Shown here one piece after another: positions 37,304 to 47,180 of a stretch of DNA of 64,000 nt. The notes beneath the pieces are model-generated. The model was not told the origin of the DNA. It ran no database searches and saw only the letters and a list, made by a program, of their open reading frames with translations. The position numbers and the translations under genes are program-made. The DNA is from a bacterium (GTDB lineage Bacteria; UBA10199; 2-02-FULL-50-16; JAJFLM01). The stretch covers positions 2,112,001 through 2,176,000 of the forward strand of contig CBDCFN010000016.1 of assembly GCA_965216315.1 (NCBI GenBank), read 5' to 3'. Numbering within the stretch: position 1 is the first letter of the stretch; every line of letters starts with the position of its first letter.

Positions 37304-38550
37304 CCGCGATACTTACTGAAGGGTTGCTTCTTACCTTTTGCAATCCAGGCACGGAGGTAGTCGAGGGCACGCTCTTTTTGCTTGTCCTCTTCTACCTCTA
37401 TCTCGAACTCTTCTTGAATTTCACCGTCGCCGTTGACCGCCTTTTCAATCTTGACGTCTTCTTTCTTCGCCTTGACGATGATATCAGGGCGAATCCCTTT
37501 AGACTGAATAGAGCGCCCTTTCGGTGTGTAGTAACGCGCCACGGTTAATTTGACCGCCGCCCCTTGCCCTAACTCATAAACGGTTTGCACGGAACCCTTG
37601 CCAAAGGTCTCAGTCCCCAGCAGCACGGCACGCCCATGATCCTGGAGAGCTCCGGCGACAATCTCCGCCGCTGACGCGCTCCCGCCGTTGACAAGGATAA
37701 CGATCGGAAAATTGGGATGGGTCCCATCAACGCGCGCTTTGCGCTCCTGCGTCGGCGTCGAACGACTCTTGGTTTTGACGATAGTGCCGTGGTCGAGAAA
37801 CTTGTCTGAAACCGCCACCGCCTCGGTGAGCAGCCCGCCCGGATTGTTACGCAGATCAAGGATCAAGCCACTTAAGCCGCCGCCGGCTTTCCCTTCCAGT
37901 TCACGTAGCGACGCTTCTAAGGCATTCGACGTATCCTGTTGAAAAGAGCTAATCCGAATATACCCGACCCCGCCCTCCAACATCTCGGTGCCACGCACAC
38001 TCTGGATCCGAATAATGTCCCGCCGCAACGTTACATTCAAAGGATCCGAGCGCCCCTCGCGACCAATCGCCAGCTTGACGCGGCTGCCGCGTTTGCCACG
38101 CATGAGTTTCACCGCATCACCGAGCGTCATATGCCGTGTCGTAATTCCATTTATTTTAAGGATGCGATCGCCCGCGCGGAGCCCGGCGCGCGCTGCCGGC
38201 GTCCCTTCAATCGGGGCGATGACGGTCAAGACCTTGTCACGCACCGTCACCTCGATGCCGACCCCGCCAAAGCGTCCTTGCGTATCAGATTGAAGTTCTT
38301 TGTAGTTGGCCGGCGGCATGAAGACCGTGTGCGGGTCGAGGGATTGCATCATGCCCTTGATGGCCCCATAGAGCAGTTCCTGATCATCCGGAGCCTCGAC
38401 ATAGTTTTCCCTCACAAAATGAAGGGCCTTCGCAAAGAGATCCAACTCCTCATAGAGGTCCTGCTCGGAGACCTTCCGGGCCGCCAACGCCGGGCTGGCC
38501 ACGACAAGGAGGAGTCCCGCGATAACTAGATTGCGAATCAGCGACGTCAT
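37300..38550 (-). CDS. ctpA: S41 carboxy-terminal processing protease
   Basis: LDPHT, PDZ domain, DLRNNPGG, SASAAEI, GKGSVQ. Confidence 0.95.
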   Translation of the reverse strand: MTSLIRNLVIAGLLLVVASPALAARKVSEQDLYEELDLFAKALHFVRENYVEAPDDQELLYGAIKGMMQSLDPHTVFMPPANYKELQSDTQGRFGGVGIEVTVRDKVLTVIAPIEGTPAARAGLRAGDRILKINGITTRHMTLGDAVKLMRGKRGSRVKLAIGREGRSDPLNVTLRRDIIRIQSVRGTEMLEGGVGYIRISSFQQDTSNALEASLRELEGKAGGGLSGLILDLRNNPGGLLTEAVAVSDKFLDHGTIVKTKSRSTPTQERKARVDGTHPNFPIVILVNGGSASAAEIVAGALQDHGRAVLLGTETFGKGSVQTVYELGQGAAVKLTVARYYTPKGRSIQSKGIRPDIIVKAKKEDVKIEKAVNGDGEIQEEFEIEVEEDKQKERALDYLRAWIAKGKKQPFSKYRG

Positions 38551-38701
38551 ACTATTTTCGATATTAGCACAGCTATTCCCTGCTGGATAGAGCGCTCTGA
38601 AACCCGAAAAAGCACGCCTTGAGTGCTTCTCCTATTGACAGCCTGCTGCCCACCTCATATTCAAATGGGCATGACAAATCAAGGTATCCATAGGAGTTAT
38701 T

Positions 38702-40540
38702 ATGTCTGATCAAGACTTCGACAAACTGGCTGCGCGCGTCCGGCACCACATTTTAACGACAACCAGCACCGCCGGCTCCGGACACCCGACCTCGTCGATG
38801 TCCGCGGCGGATATCATGACGGTGCTCTATTTTAAACATCTGCGCGCCATCCCGGATCAGCCCGACAATCCGAACAACGATCGCGTCATTTTTTCCAAGG
38901 GCCATGCAGCCCCGTTGCTCTACGCCCTCTACGCTGTCGCCGGTCTGGTCAGCGTCGATGAGATTCACACGCTGCGCAAGCACGGCAGCCCCTTCCAGGG
39001 GCACCCGACTCCGGCCTTGCCCTTCGTCGAAGCGGCCACCGGCAGTCTGGGCCAAGGACTCTCCGTGGGCGTCGGCCAAGCGATTAACGCGAAGTATTTA
39101 GACAAAGTCCCTCATCGTACTTTTGTGCTGCTCGGGGACGGCGAGATGGCGGAAGGTTCCGTCTGGGAAGCGATTCAACTCGCCGCCCATTACAAGCTCG
39201 ACAATCTCATCGGCGTCATCGACGTCAACCGTATGGGCCAGAGCCAGGAAACGATGTACGGCGCGGATGCCCAGGCCTATGCCGACCGTGTCGCCTCCTT
39301 TGGTTGGCACGTCGAGACCATCGACGGCCATGACACCGCCGCCTGCGATCAGGCACTGGAAAAAGCGCTCGCCGTGACCGGAAAACCCGCGATGATCGTC
39401 GCCAAGACCGAAAAAGGTAAGGGTGTCTCTTTTCTGAGCGGCAAGGAGGGCTGGCATGGCAAGGCCCTGCCTGACGACAAATTACAAGAGGCCCTTGCCG
39501 AGTTGGGTGAAGTCGACCTTGAACTCAAAGGTGAAATCCAGGCCCCGGAAAAAGTCAAAGCCACCCGACCGGCCGCGGCCGGTGAACCGGCGGCACCGGA
39601 TTACAAGCTGGGAGATACCATTGCGACGCGTAAGGCCTACGGACTCGCGCTCGCCAAATTTGTCCCTCACTATCCGGACATCGTCGCAATCGATGGAGAT
39701 ACGAAGAACTCGACCTTCGCGGAAGACGTCGCCAAGACGCACCCCGATCATTATTTCGAAATGTTTATCGCCGAACAGAACATGGCCGGCGTCGCCGTCG
39801 GCCTGTCCCGACGCGGCAAGATCCCGTTTGCGTCTTCCTTTGCCGCCTTCTGGTCACGCGCCTTTGATCAATTCCGGATGGGCGCAGTCAGTGAAGCGAA
39901 CATCAAGGTCTGTGGTTCCCATGTCGGCGTATCGATCGGGCAGGATGGCCCCTCCCAAATGGGGCTCGAAGACATCGCAATGTTTCGGGCCATTCCCGGC
40001 AGCACCGTGCTCTATCCCAGCGATGGGGTCTCCGCGGAACGACTCGTTGCCGCGTCTATCGACCAAAAAGGCATCGTCTACATCCGGACCAGCCGTCCGG
40101 CCACCCCGGTTATCTATACCGCCGCCGAACAGTTCCCCATCGGCGGCTCTAAAGTCGTCCGCCACTCCGACCAGGATGCTATCACTCTCGTGGGCGCCGG
40201 AGTCACTCTGCACGAATGCCTCAAAGCTCAAGAGGCCTTAGCCCAAGACGGTATCAACGCACGGGTCATTGACTGTTATTCCGTGAAGCCGATCGATGCC
40301 GCGACCTTGAAGACCGCGGCCGAAGAAACCAAGGCCCTCTTCGTCGTCGAGGATCACTGGTTTGACGGCGGTCTCGGCGATGCCGTGCTCAACGTGTTCG
40401 CGGCTGAAGCCAACACGAGCCCGATCATCAAAGTGGCGGTCACGGAATTGGCGGGATCGGCGACACCGGAAGAATTGATGGATGATGCAGGGATCTCGGC
40501 AAAGAAAATCGTCGAGCGGGTCAAAGAATTTATCGCTTAG
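38702..40540 (+). CDS. tkt: transketolase
   Basis: SGHP, SKGHA, TGSLGQG, GDGE..EG, IAEQ, GQDGPSQ. Confidence 0.95.
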   Translation: MSDQDFDKLAARVRHHILTTTSTAGSGHPTSSMSAADIMTVLYFKHLRAIPDQPDNPNNDRVIFSKGHAAPLLYALYAVAGLVSVDEIHTLRKHGSPFQGHPTPALPFVEAATGSLGQGLSVGVGQAINAKYLDKVPHRTFVLLGDGEMAEGSVWEAIQLAAHYKLDNLIGVIDVNRMGQSQETMYGADAQAYADRVASFGWHVETIDGHDTAACDQALEKALAVTGKPAMIVAKTEKGKGVSFLSGKEGWHGKALPDDKLQEALAELGEVDLELKGEIQAPEKVKATRPAAAGEPAAPDYKLGDTIATRKAYGLALAKFVPHYPDIVAIDGDTKNSTFAEDVAKTHPDHYFEMFIAEQNMAGVAVGLSRRGKIPFASSFAAFWSRAFDQFRMGAVSEANIKVCGSHVGVSIGQDGPSQMGLEDIAMFRAIPGSTVLYPSDGVSAERLVAASIDQKGIVYIRTSRPATPVIYTAAEQFPIGGSKVVRHSDQDAITLVGAGVTLHECLKAQEALAQDGINARVIDCYSVKPIDAATLKTAAEETKALFVVEDHWFDGGLGDAVLNVFAAEANTSPIIKVAVTELAGSATPEELMDDAGISAKKIVERVKEFIA

Positions 40541-41322
40541 ACCTTCCGCACGTTCTCTAACGCCCGTCCCAAAAAGATCTCACCAACCCGCTGAAAGCGG
40601 TCGGGGGAATCCGTTACATAAAATTGATCTCCCTTTTTTGCCACGTCATTTAAAAGATCCTGTTGTTCCAACAATTCCTGTAACGCCGTCGCAGCCGCAT
40701 GCGCCGAGTCGATTAACTGGACGTCATCTCCAACCACTTTTTGAATAACCGGCATCAGCAGGGGATAGTGAGTACAGCCGAGGATCAGGGTATCGATCTC
40801 AGCGGCCAGCAAGGGCTGGAGATACTCACGGGCGATGCTCTCGGTCTCAGGTCGATCCAACCAGCCTTCTTCGACTAGCGGAACAAATAAGGGACAGGGT
40901 GCGGAGAGTACCGTAATATCGGGTGAGTGGCGTTTGAGCGCGACTTCATAGGCCCCACTGCCGACCGTGCCCGCCGTCCCGATCACCCCGATGCGTCCAC
41001 TCCGACTCTGGGCGACGGCCTGCGCCGCTCCCGGTTCCAACACCCCGATGATCGGCACCTTAAACATCTCTTGTAAGGCCGGCACGGCATAGGCCGAGGC
41101 GGTATTGCAGGCCGCCACGACGGCCTTCACGCCTTTGCTCAACAGAAATTCCGTGTTCTCCGTGCTGTACTGAGTCACGGTCGGCGCCGACTTGGTCCCG
41201 TACGGGACCCGTGCCGTGTCGCCCAGGTAGATCAAGGATTCATTCGGCAACAGCTCCCGCACCGCCCTAAAGACAGTGAGGCCACCGATGCCGGAATCGA
41301 AAATACCAATGGGTTGATTCAT
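40537..41322 (-). CDS. murI: glutamate racemase
   Basis: FDSGIGGLTV, ACNTAS, LGCTHYP. Confidence 0.98.
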   Translation of the reverse strand: MNQPIGIFDSGIGGLTVFRAVRELLPNESLIYLGDTARVPYGTKSAPTVTQYSTENTEFLLSKGVKAVVAACNTASAYAVPALQEMFKVPIIGVLEPGAAQAVAQSRSGRIGVIGTAGTVGSGAYEVALKRHSPDITVLSAPCPLFVPLVEEGWLDRPETESIAREYLQPLLAAEIDTLILGCTHYPLLMPVIQKVVGDDVQLIDSAHAAATALQELLEQQDLLNDVAKKGDQFYVTDSPDRFQRVGEIFLGRALENVRKV

Positions 41323-41342
41323 ACTTAGGTGGTTCGAGCCCT

Positions 41343-41963
41343 CTAATGAACCGTTATCGGCCGACCCGGAATCGCCGCCGCCGCGGGTTGCGACTTATTC
41401 TGCGCCGGCTTGATATTCTTGATCGGTTTGGTCGTCCGCCTGGTCAAAGACGCGGCACTTTGCTCCGCAGCCGCGGCCGCTCGCTTAATCGCGGCCCCCT
41501 GGATCGCTTCACGTTCGGCGACTTCCTGCGGCGTTGACTTGTTCTGCGTCACCGCCTTCACGGGTTTCGGCTTGGGCTGTGGCGCCGCTGCTGGCTTAGC
41601 CGCGGGAGCTACGGACTTTTTTTTAGCGGGCTTTTTAGTTTTGGCTGCAGCGGACGAATTACCCCCACGCATGTGTTTGCGCGCAATCGTATCGAGCTCT
41701 TTTTCCAAACGGGCCACGCGTCGCTCGAAACTCCGGAGCTGTTGACGCGTGGGAATGTTCATGATTTCCATCGTGCCCTTGAAACGCTCTGAAACCGCGC
41801 GCGATAACTCCGCCTTCGAACGAATCACATAGGTAATGGCATTGACAAAACGGGGACTGTTCGCCAAGTCGGCCACCAGTTTTGAATTAAGAATATCTTT
41901 GCTCAGCTCTTTACTTATTTTTTCTCCCCGTGCGAGGGCCTCTTCAAAAACTTTACGTAACAT
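41343..41963 (-). CDS. PhaF/phasin-like coiled-coil protein with Lys/Ala/Pro-rich tail
   Basis: MNIPTRQQLRSFERRVARLE followed by an AKP-rich tail. Confidence 0.55.
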   Translation of the reverse strand: MLRKVFEEALARGEKISKELSKDILNSKLVADLANSPRFVNAITYVIRSKAELSRAVSERFKGTMEIMNIPTRQQLRSFERRVARLEKELDTIARKHMRGGNSSAAAKTKKPAKKKSVAPAAKPAAAPQPKPKPVKAVTQNKSTPQEVAEREAIQGAAIKRAAAAAEQSAASLTRRTTKPIKNIKPAQNKSQPAAAAIPGRPITVH

Positions 41964-42125
41964 CTTTTAATCCTCCAAAAAATTCATCACGCTCCAGGCA
42001 AAACACGCGGTCCTCACCTCGTGAAGGAGCACCTAAGTCATGGTAAGTTCAAACGTTTTTGACGCAGCCTGTCAAGTTCAAAGGCTTCGTGCCCCGCCAT
42101 TGACATTTGTCAGGTATCGACTAGG

Positions 42126-42917
42126 ATGCCGCCGATCATGGGTACACTAAAATCCACCTCTATAAGGCTTTTTACCCTCATCCCCGCGCTAGGCCTCGCG
42201 ACAACGGCCTGGGCCGAGGTAGAGACCAAGACCGCGTCATCGGGCAGCTACCTGTTTCGCCTCATCGGCGGCGCGGATCCGGTCGTCAAACTCGTCATGA
42301 TCATCCTCGTCGGCATGTCCGTCATGTGCTGGGGCATCATTGCCTTCAAATATAAGGAAATGAAGCGCTCGACCCTCGAATCGGAACGCTTTGCCGAACT
42401 CTTCTGGCGCAGTTCCAGCCTGGAGGAACTCGTCGTTAAGACCTCTCTGCCCCGCAACCCGCTCCAAACGATCTTTCGCAAGGGAATCGCGGATCTGCTC
42501 AAACAAAAGAAAGAGAAAAAGGCGGAAAAAAATACCTCTATGGAGCGCCTCCGGCAGCAGGTCGACCGCGCCACGGAAAACGAAATCGCCCATGCGGAGC
42601 GCTATATCCCTTTCCTCGCGACGACCGGCAGCTCAGCCCCCTACATCGGCCTCTTTGGCACCGTCTGGGGCATATTGGCCGCCTTCTGGGAGATCGGTAA
42701 GGCAGGAACCTCCAGTTTAGCCGTGGTCGGGCCCTATATCGCTGAGGCGTTAATCGCAACGGCGCTGGGATTAGCCGCTGCGATTCCCGCCGTAATGGCC
42801 TATAATTACTTTGTCACGCGGATCCGCACCTTTACGCGTGGGGTGGGCTCCTTCTCGGAAGACTTACTGGAGCGGATCTCACATGAATATTTCGCCAAAG
42901 CGAAGCAGCAGTCATAG
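42126..42917 (+). CDS. tolQ: TolQ (MotA/TolQ/ExbB family)
   Basis: APYIGLFGTVWGI and EALIATALGL. Start may be 42138. Confidence 0.92.
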   Translation: MPPIMGTLKSTSIRLFTLIPALGLATTAWAEVETKTASSGSYLFRLIGGADPVVKLVMIILVGMSVMCWGIIAFKYKEMKRSTLESERFAELFWRSSSLEELVVKTSLPRNPLQTIFRKGIADLLKQKKEKKAEKNTSMERLRQQVDRATENEIAHAERYIPFLATTGSSAPYIGLFGTVWGILAAFWEIGKAGTSSLAVVGPYIAEALIATALGLAAAIPAVMAYNYFVTRIRTFTRGVGSFSEDLLERISHEYFAKAKQQS

Positions 42918-42937
42918 TTGAAGACTTCGGGTAAACC

Positions 42938-43390
42938 ATGAAAGTCCTCGAAAACAAAAGCAATGGCAAAGGCGGGGCGTCCAGTCATCTCTCGGAGATC
43001 AATGTCGTCCCTTTAGTCGACGTGATCCTGGTCTTGTTGATCATCTTTATGGTCACGGCCCCCTTGCTCCAACAAGGCCTGGACGTCGATCTTCCCCAGG
43101 CCGAAGCCCCGGCAATTGAGCGCAGTGAGGCCGACGTTATCTTGACTATCAATAGCAAAGGACAGTTTTTTTTGATGGGCGATGACACGCCCTATACCTT
43201 GATGGACCTTGAGAAGAAACTGGAAGCCGCGTTCCGTCACCGTGAGAAAAAAGAAATCTTCCTTAAAGCCGATCAACAGATTCGTTACGGACTGGTGGCC
43301 CAAGCCATGGCCATCATGAAGAAAGCCGGCATCGAACGGATCGGTATGATTACCCAGTCTCCTGTCGGCGAGGATGACAGCGAAGGCTGA
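42938..43390 (+). CDS. tolR: TolR
   Basis: EINVVPLVDVILVLLIIFMVTAP. Confidence 0.92.
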   Translation: MKVLENKSNGKGGASSHLSEINVVPLVDVILVLLIIFMVTAPLLQQGLDVDLPQAEAPAIERSEADVILTINSKGQFFLMGDDTPYTLMDLEKKLEAAFRHREKKEIFLKADQQIRYGLVAQAMAIMKKAGIERIGMITQSPVGEDDSEG

Positions 43391-43406
43391 GTTCGAATTG
43401 TAAGTC

Positions 43407-44225
43407 ATGCGTACTATTCGTGAGATGTCCCTGAAAAAATACCTAGGGCTATCCCTGCTCATTCACGCCGTGCTCGTCATCATTTTGATCGTCACGCCGG
43501 CACTCAATCCTTCGAGTAAGCCCTTTAAACGCGAAAAGATCGTCTGGGTCCGCATTCCCAAGGGACTTGATGACAAAATCGGCATCGGCGTTAAAAAAGC
43601 CAAGGGCATGCCGAAAACGACGATCGCTGAATCAAAAAAACCCATTACGGTCCCACCGCCCAGCAAGGACAAAAAGCAGCTGACGTTCAAAGACATTCCC
43701 AAAGAGGACCTTCCTCCGATGGGCCCGACCAAACCCGTCATCAAGAAGAAAAAACCACGTAAGAAGAAAAAACGCCGCGTCTTGTCGGCCACGGAGCGGG
43801 CCTTGGCGCGCATCTCCCGCAAGGTCAATACCAAGGTCCCTGAAGCGGCTCAAGTCCCCGACGAGTTGGAAGAAGGCGGGGTCCCTTTTGGGTCGGACAG
43901 CGGGCCGTTTGTCTCCCCCGATGACCCGATCTATGTCCTCTATCAGGCCAAGGTACGCCGCCGCATTATGGATGCCTGGGTGCTCCCGCTGAGTTTTTCG
44001 GGCGGGGAAATCCCTTACTCCTGTCAGATTACGGTAAAAATTAATAATATGGGCAAGGTCGTTCGTGCAGAGTTTGAACAGCGCTCCGGCAATGAGCCCT
44101 TTGACCAGTCCGCCTTCCGCGCCATTTATAAGGCCTCCCCCCTTGACATTCCGCCGGAAAAGCTCAAAAGGGAAGCGGTACAGGACGGCTTCTTAATCGA
44201 ATTTGATCCCGAAGTGAAAGGCTAA
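43407..44225 (+). CDS. tolA: TolA/TonB C-terminal domain protein
   Basis: SLLIH TM motif, Lys/Pro-rich linker, SGNEPFDQSAFRAI. Confidence 0.85.
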   Translation: MRTIREMSLKKYLGLSLLIHAVLVIILIVTPALNPSSKPFKREKIVWVRIPKGLDDKIGIGVKKAKGMPKTTIAESKKPITVPPPSKDKKQLTFKDIPKEDLPPMGPTKPVIKKKKPRKKKKRRVLSATERALARISRKVNTKVPEAAQVPDELEEGGVPFGSDSGPFVSPDDPIYVLYQAKVRRRIMDAWVLPLSFSGGEIPYSCQITVKINNMGKVVRAEFEQRSGNEPFDQSAFRAIYKASPLDIPPEKLKREAVQDGFLIEFDPEVKG

Positions 44226-44228
44226 TTA

Positions 44229-45530
44229 ATGAAACGCATTTTATTCTTACTTCCCATCCTGTTGGCCTACTCTGTCACGGCACATGCCCGCATCTACATC
44301 CGCATTGATGAAGTCGCCGAAAAGAAATTTCCGATCGCGATCACCAACCTCATCAACGACGGCGGCAAACGCGACAACAAAAACTGGTCACGCGAAATCC
44401 CCAAGATCCTGCAAAACGATCTGCGCATCTCGGGTCTCTTTGAATTTGTCGACCCGGAGATTTTTCCCGGCGAGGATTCAAACACATACAAGCCCGGTGA
44501 CGTGAAATTCCCGGCGTGGAACCTGCTTGGGATTCAGGGCCTCGTCAAAGGCGGTTTCACCTACGGAAGCGACGGCAAGGTCACGGCGTCGATCTATCTC
44601 TACGATCCTTCGCTGGGCCAAAAAATCGTCGCCCATGAGTACCGGGCCAACGCCGGTGAGTTCCGCAAGGTCGCGCACCATTTTGCCGACATGGTCATGG
44701 AAGCCCTCACCGGTTATCCCGGCATCTTTCGGACCCGCATTGCCTTTGTCTGCGGCAGCAAGAAGTCCGGTAAGGAAATCTGCAGCATGGGGGTCGACGG
44801 TAAAGAAGTCGCCAAGCACACCTCGGATCGCAACATCAATATCAGTCCCGAATTTTCCCCGGGCGGGGGCAAGATCGCTTACACCTCATTCACCGAGGAA
44901 GGGGATGCGGAAATCAAGGTGGTCAATGTCGGCTCGAAGTCGGTCCGGCAGATCACTAAAAAAGGCGGCATCAACCTCTCCCCAACCTGGACCCCGGGTG
45001 GCGGTCTTATCACCGCACTCGTCGGCGATAACGGCGACAACATCTACAACATCAGCATGAGCGGACGGCTCGTCAAGCGGCTAACCAATCATTGGAGTAT
45101 CGACATCGCCCCGTCATGGAGCCCGGGCGGCGACGCCTTTACCTTTTCTTCGGAACGGGCCGGCGGCCTGCACGTCTTCCGTGCCAATGCCGGCGGCGGC
45201 GGCGTGCAACGTTTGACCTTTGTCGGCTACCAGAATGATAACCCCGCCTGGTCGCCGGACGGTCAACGCATCATGTTTCAGGGACGTGACCAGGGAACCT
45301 GGGATCTCTTCATCATGAACCCGGACGGTTCGATGTTGCAGCGGCTCACCGCCGGCGCCGGCACCAATCAAGAACCGACCTGGGCCCCGAACAGCCAATA
45401 CATTGGTTTTGCCTCGAGCCGCGGCGGCGGCATGAGCATCTACATCATGAATGCGATGGGTGAGAACGTCACCAAGGTCGGCGGCGGAGTCATGCCGTCA
45501 TGGGGTCCGTTACCGAAGAAATCCCTATAA
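44229..45530 (+). CDS. tolB: TolB beta-propeller protein
   Basis: TolB N-domain, TRIAF, PD40 repeats (PSWSP, PAWSPDG). Confidence 0.93.
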   Translation: MKRILFLLPILLAYSVTAHARIYIRIDEVAEKKFPIAITNLINDGGKRDNKNWSREIPKILQNDLRISGLFEFVDPEIFPGEDSNTYKPGDVKFPAWNLLGIQGLVKGGFTYGSDGKVTASIYLYDPSLGQKIVAHEYRANAGEFRKVAHHFADMVMEALTGYPGIFRTRIAFVCGSKKSGKEICSMGVDGKEVAKHTSDRNINISPEFSPGGGKIAYTSFTEEGDAEIKVVNVGSKSVRQITKKGGINLSPTWTPGGGLITALVGDNGDNIYNISMSGRLVKRLTNHWSIDIAPSWSPGGDAFTFSSERAGGLHVFRANAGGGGVQRLTFVGYQNDNPAWSPDGQRIMFQGRDQGTWDLFIMNPDGSMLQRLTAGAGTNQEPTWAPNSQYIGFASSRGGGMSIYIMNAMGENVTKVGGGVMPSWGPLPKKSL

Positions 45531-47171
45531 CGCTAAGGCCTGCTCTAGATACTGCAAATTAATGCGCTCCGTCACGAGGCGCCTACGCTCCTGCTCCTGT
45601 TGACCTGTGAGTGTCTTGTCGACGAACACGAAATGATCCGGCCTGGTCTCGACCAACAATCCGTTATCACGCGCCCACTGCTCCATTTCCTGGTCCTTCT
45701 CAACAGCGAGGTAGAACAGGCGCATCCGCAAGTGATCACGCAGCTTCGTTTGGTCCTGGATTAACCCATCGACGTCAATCAAGGCGCTCAGACGATCCGC
45801 ATCAGACACGAACGGACCGGTATAGTTGCGCACCAAATCATACCCGGCTTCAATTCCCTTCCGGGCCCCGTCATTATGGTAGATCTCCGTAAGCTCTCTT
45901 TGCACTCCCGTCCAATCGATTCGCCATTTTTTATTCGCCAAATGGGTATGCCGGAGGAGAACGCTGAACACGGAGGCTTCGAGGCTCTCGCCAAACGTCT
46001 CGGAGTCCCCGATCAATTTATGAAGTATCTTAAAGATCTCTGCCTTGTAGGCTTGTTTGAAATCGCTATCGAACCAACCGGCGACCGTGTCTCCGAAGGT
46101 CGCGAACGTACCGAAGGCGCCGGCAATGAAGTCACCCCGTTCCTGGACGTTATAAATATCCTGACAGAGACGGATCACGTCAAAAAAGCGTTCGTCACTG
46201 TCACCCGTGAGCGCGTGACCAATCAGATCGGCCACCCCGCGGGCCCCCAGGTCAACGATACCGGCCCAGCCGACCAAGCGGGCCGTCCCGACAGCCAGTC
46301 GGGCGACGGCGGCCTTGGGACCCAAACCGCCGAGTTGGAACCCTTTGATGACGGACGTGGTTTCGAGAGCCTCGGCCAGGACCGGAACCTGAGTCGCCAA
46401 GGCGTAGGGAATCCCGGCCAACACGAGTCCTCCGAACATCGTCGCAGTTTCATCCGCCTCGACGCCGAGAAAATCGAGCAGGCCGTGCGCCAAATATTGG
46501 AAACCCATAAAGGTGGGAACCTGCCCGAGCGCTTGCAACGGGCTCTTCTGCACCAGTCCCGCCTTATACAGCCCCTGGTGAATCAACATAACGCTCGTAA
46601 ACAGGACCGGACTGCGGGCCTCTTCGGGCAAGACTCCCGCCTCAATCAGGCTTCCTATCAACCCTTGATCGAGGGCGACGACCACTGCGGCTCCCCCGAA
46701 AAGCGAGACGGTCAGCCCGAAGGTACCCGGCGTATTGGGTCCGTTCGGGCCACCCGTCGCGGCGCGCAGCGCGGAGGGAGCCGAACCGGCGCGCGACAGA
46801 GTCAATTGCATCGTCAGCTCGCCGTTGCTCATCACCATCTGACTCAGCCGGAACGAAATCGGCAAACGCCCTTCAACCGCCACCGCATAAAAGGGCTGTA
46901 AATAAGACTGCAGCGCCGGAGACAACTGTTTAAAGTGCCGTGTCAGCTCAAGATCTTGCTCAAAAGGCAAATCAAGCGAAAGCGGTTGTGGTGCGAGTAG
47001 CTTGGTCACGCCATTTTGAATGGGCACAGGTGACGCGATGGCTGTAGCGCCCGGCTCCGGTGCCAGCGCATCGACGACACACTGTAAAACATTGGCTTGC
47101 TCCTGACAAAGTGTCAGCGCTTGGCCGACGCGCGCCAAGCCGGTACTCGTCATTACCGTAACGAAACTCAT
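45525..47171 (-). CDS. array protein A (subfamily alpha), hydrophobic helical core
   Basis: 548 aa, SD AAGGAGG at the upstream stop, paralogous to array proteins C and I. Confidence 0.85.
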   Translation of the reverse strand: MSFVTVMTSTGLARVGQALTLCQEQANVLQCVVDALAPEPGATAIASPVPIQNGVTKLLAPQPLSLDLPFEQDLELTRHFKQLSPALQSYLQPFYAVAVEGRLPISFRLSQMVMSNGELTMQLTLSRAGSAPSALRAATGGPNGPNTPGTFGLTVSLFGGAAVVVALDQGLIGSLIEAGVLPEEARSPVLFTSVMLIHQGLYKAGLVQKSPLQALGQVPTFMGFQYLAHGLLDFLGVEADETATMFGGLVLAGIPYALATQVPVLAEALETTSVIKGFQLGGLGPKAAVARLAVGTARLVGWAGIVDLGARGVADLIGHALTGDSDERFFDVIRLCQDIYNVQERGDFIAGAFGTFATFGDTVAGWFDSDFKQAYKAEIFKILHKLIGDSETFGESLEASVFSVLLRHTHLANKKWRIDWTGVQRELTEIYHNDGARKGIEAGYDLVRNYTGPFVSDADRLSALIDVDGLIQDQTKLRDHLRMRLFYLAVEKDQEMEQWARDNGLLVETRPDHFVFVDKTLTGQQEQERRRLVTERINLQYLEQALAL

Positions 47172-47180
47172 GCTACCTCC

